A stretch of 64,000 nt of DNA from Mobula hypostoma (Eukaryota), in assembly GCF_963921235.1 (NCBI RefSeq), contig NC_086097.1:23438001-23502000 (forward strand), read 5' to 3'. Shown here one piece after another: positions 63,470 through 64,000 of this stretch; position 1 is the stretch's first letter; each line of letters opens with the position of its first letter. The notes under the pieces are model-generated. The model had not been told where the DNA came from, searched no databases, and saw only the letters and a program-made list of their open reading frames with translations. The translations under genes were made by a program, and so were the position numbers.

Positions 63470-64000
63470 ATAAGACCATAAGGTATAGGAGCAGAATGAG
63501 GCTATTTTGCCCATCAATTCTGCTCCACCATTTCATCATGGCTGATCCAATTTTCCTCTCACCCCAAATCTCCTGCCTTCTCCCCATATCCCTTCATGCC
63601 CTGACCAATCAAGATTCCATCAGCCTCTGCTTTAAATATACATAAAGACTTGGCCTTCACAGCTGCCTGTGGCAATGAATTCCACAATTTCACCTCTCAC
63701 TGGCTAAAGAAATTCCTCCTTATCTCCATTCTAAAAGGACACCCCTCTATTCCAAGGCTGAGTCCTCTGGTATTATACTTCCCCACCATACAAAACATCC
63801 TCTCTACATCCACTCTATCAAAGCCTTTCACCATTTGATAGATTTCAATGAGGTCACCCCCCATTTTTCTGAATTCTAGTGAATACAGGCCCAGAGCGTG
63901 GAAACCATAGAAAGGGTGCAGAGGAGATTTACAAGGATGTTGCCTGGACTGGAGAGCATGCCTTATGAGAATAGGTTGAGTAAACTTGGCCTTTTCTCCA
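63470..64000. mobile_element. Two abutting CR1-like fragments (minus about 63470-63897, plus about 63898-64000)
   Basis: ORF 63650..63838 is antisense to a CR1 3' end; 63898 onward reads ETIERVQRRFTRMLPGLESMPYENRLSKLGLFS. Confidence 0.8.

Noticed and set aside
29199..64000. Third EGF exon (PSTTCQEDSC-like) and beta-neurexin first exon/promoter
   Set aside because: Not seen; both are expected downstream of the SS6 position and so beyond the window end.

Overview
Eukaryotic (vertebrate) genomic DNA: an internal 64-kb slice of an alpha-neurexin gene, best matching NRXN3, on the + strand. Four canonical coding exons (8456-8575, 21197-21578, 24624-24814, 29025-29198) splice in one frame and encode the end of LNS4 and all of LNS5. 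A 27-nt microexon at 62500-62526 (VVLSKAYLQ) resembles the neurexin splice-site-6 insert. The first and last of these exons are absent from the ORF track. The rest is intron packed with decayed mobile DNA: CR1-like and Rex1/Babar-like LINEs, Penelope-like elements and their palindromic derivatives, Tc1 and hAT MITEs, a Gypsy-like LTR element, a solo LTR, SINEs and minisatellites. The repeat landscape suggests a cartilaginous fish, probably a ray (inference only). Main points of interest: the divergent SS6-like microexon and its regulatory motifs; more than a dozen Penelope-borne minimal hammerhead-ribozyme-like motifs on both strands; a possible membrane-anchored truncated isoform by donor read-through; a candidate extra microexon; and multi-level nested insertions with readable target-site duplications (TSDs). 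Family names come from recalled motifs, not database searches. Repeat boundaries are approximate unless a TSD is quoted.
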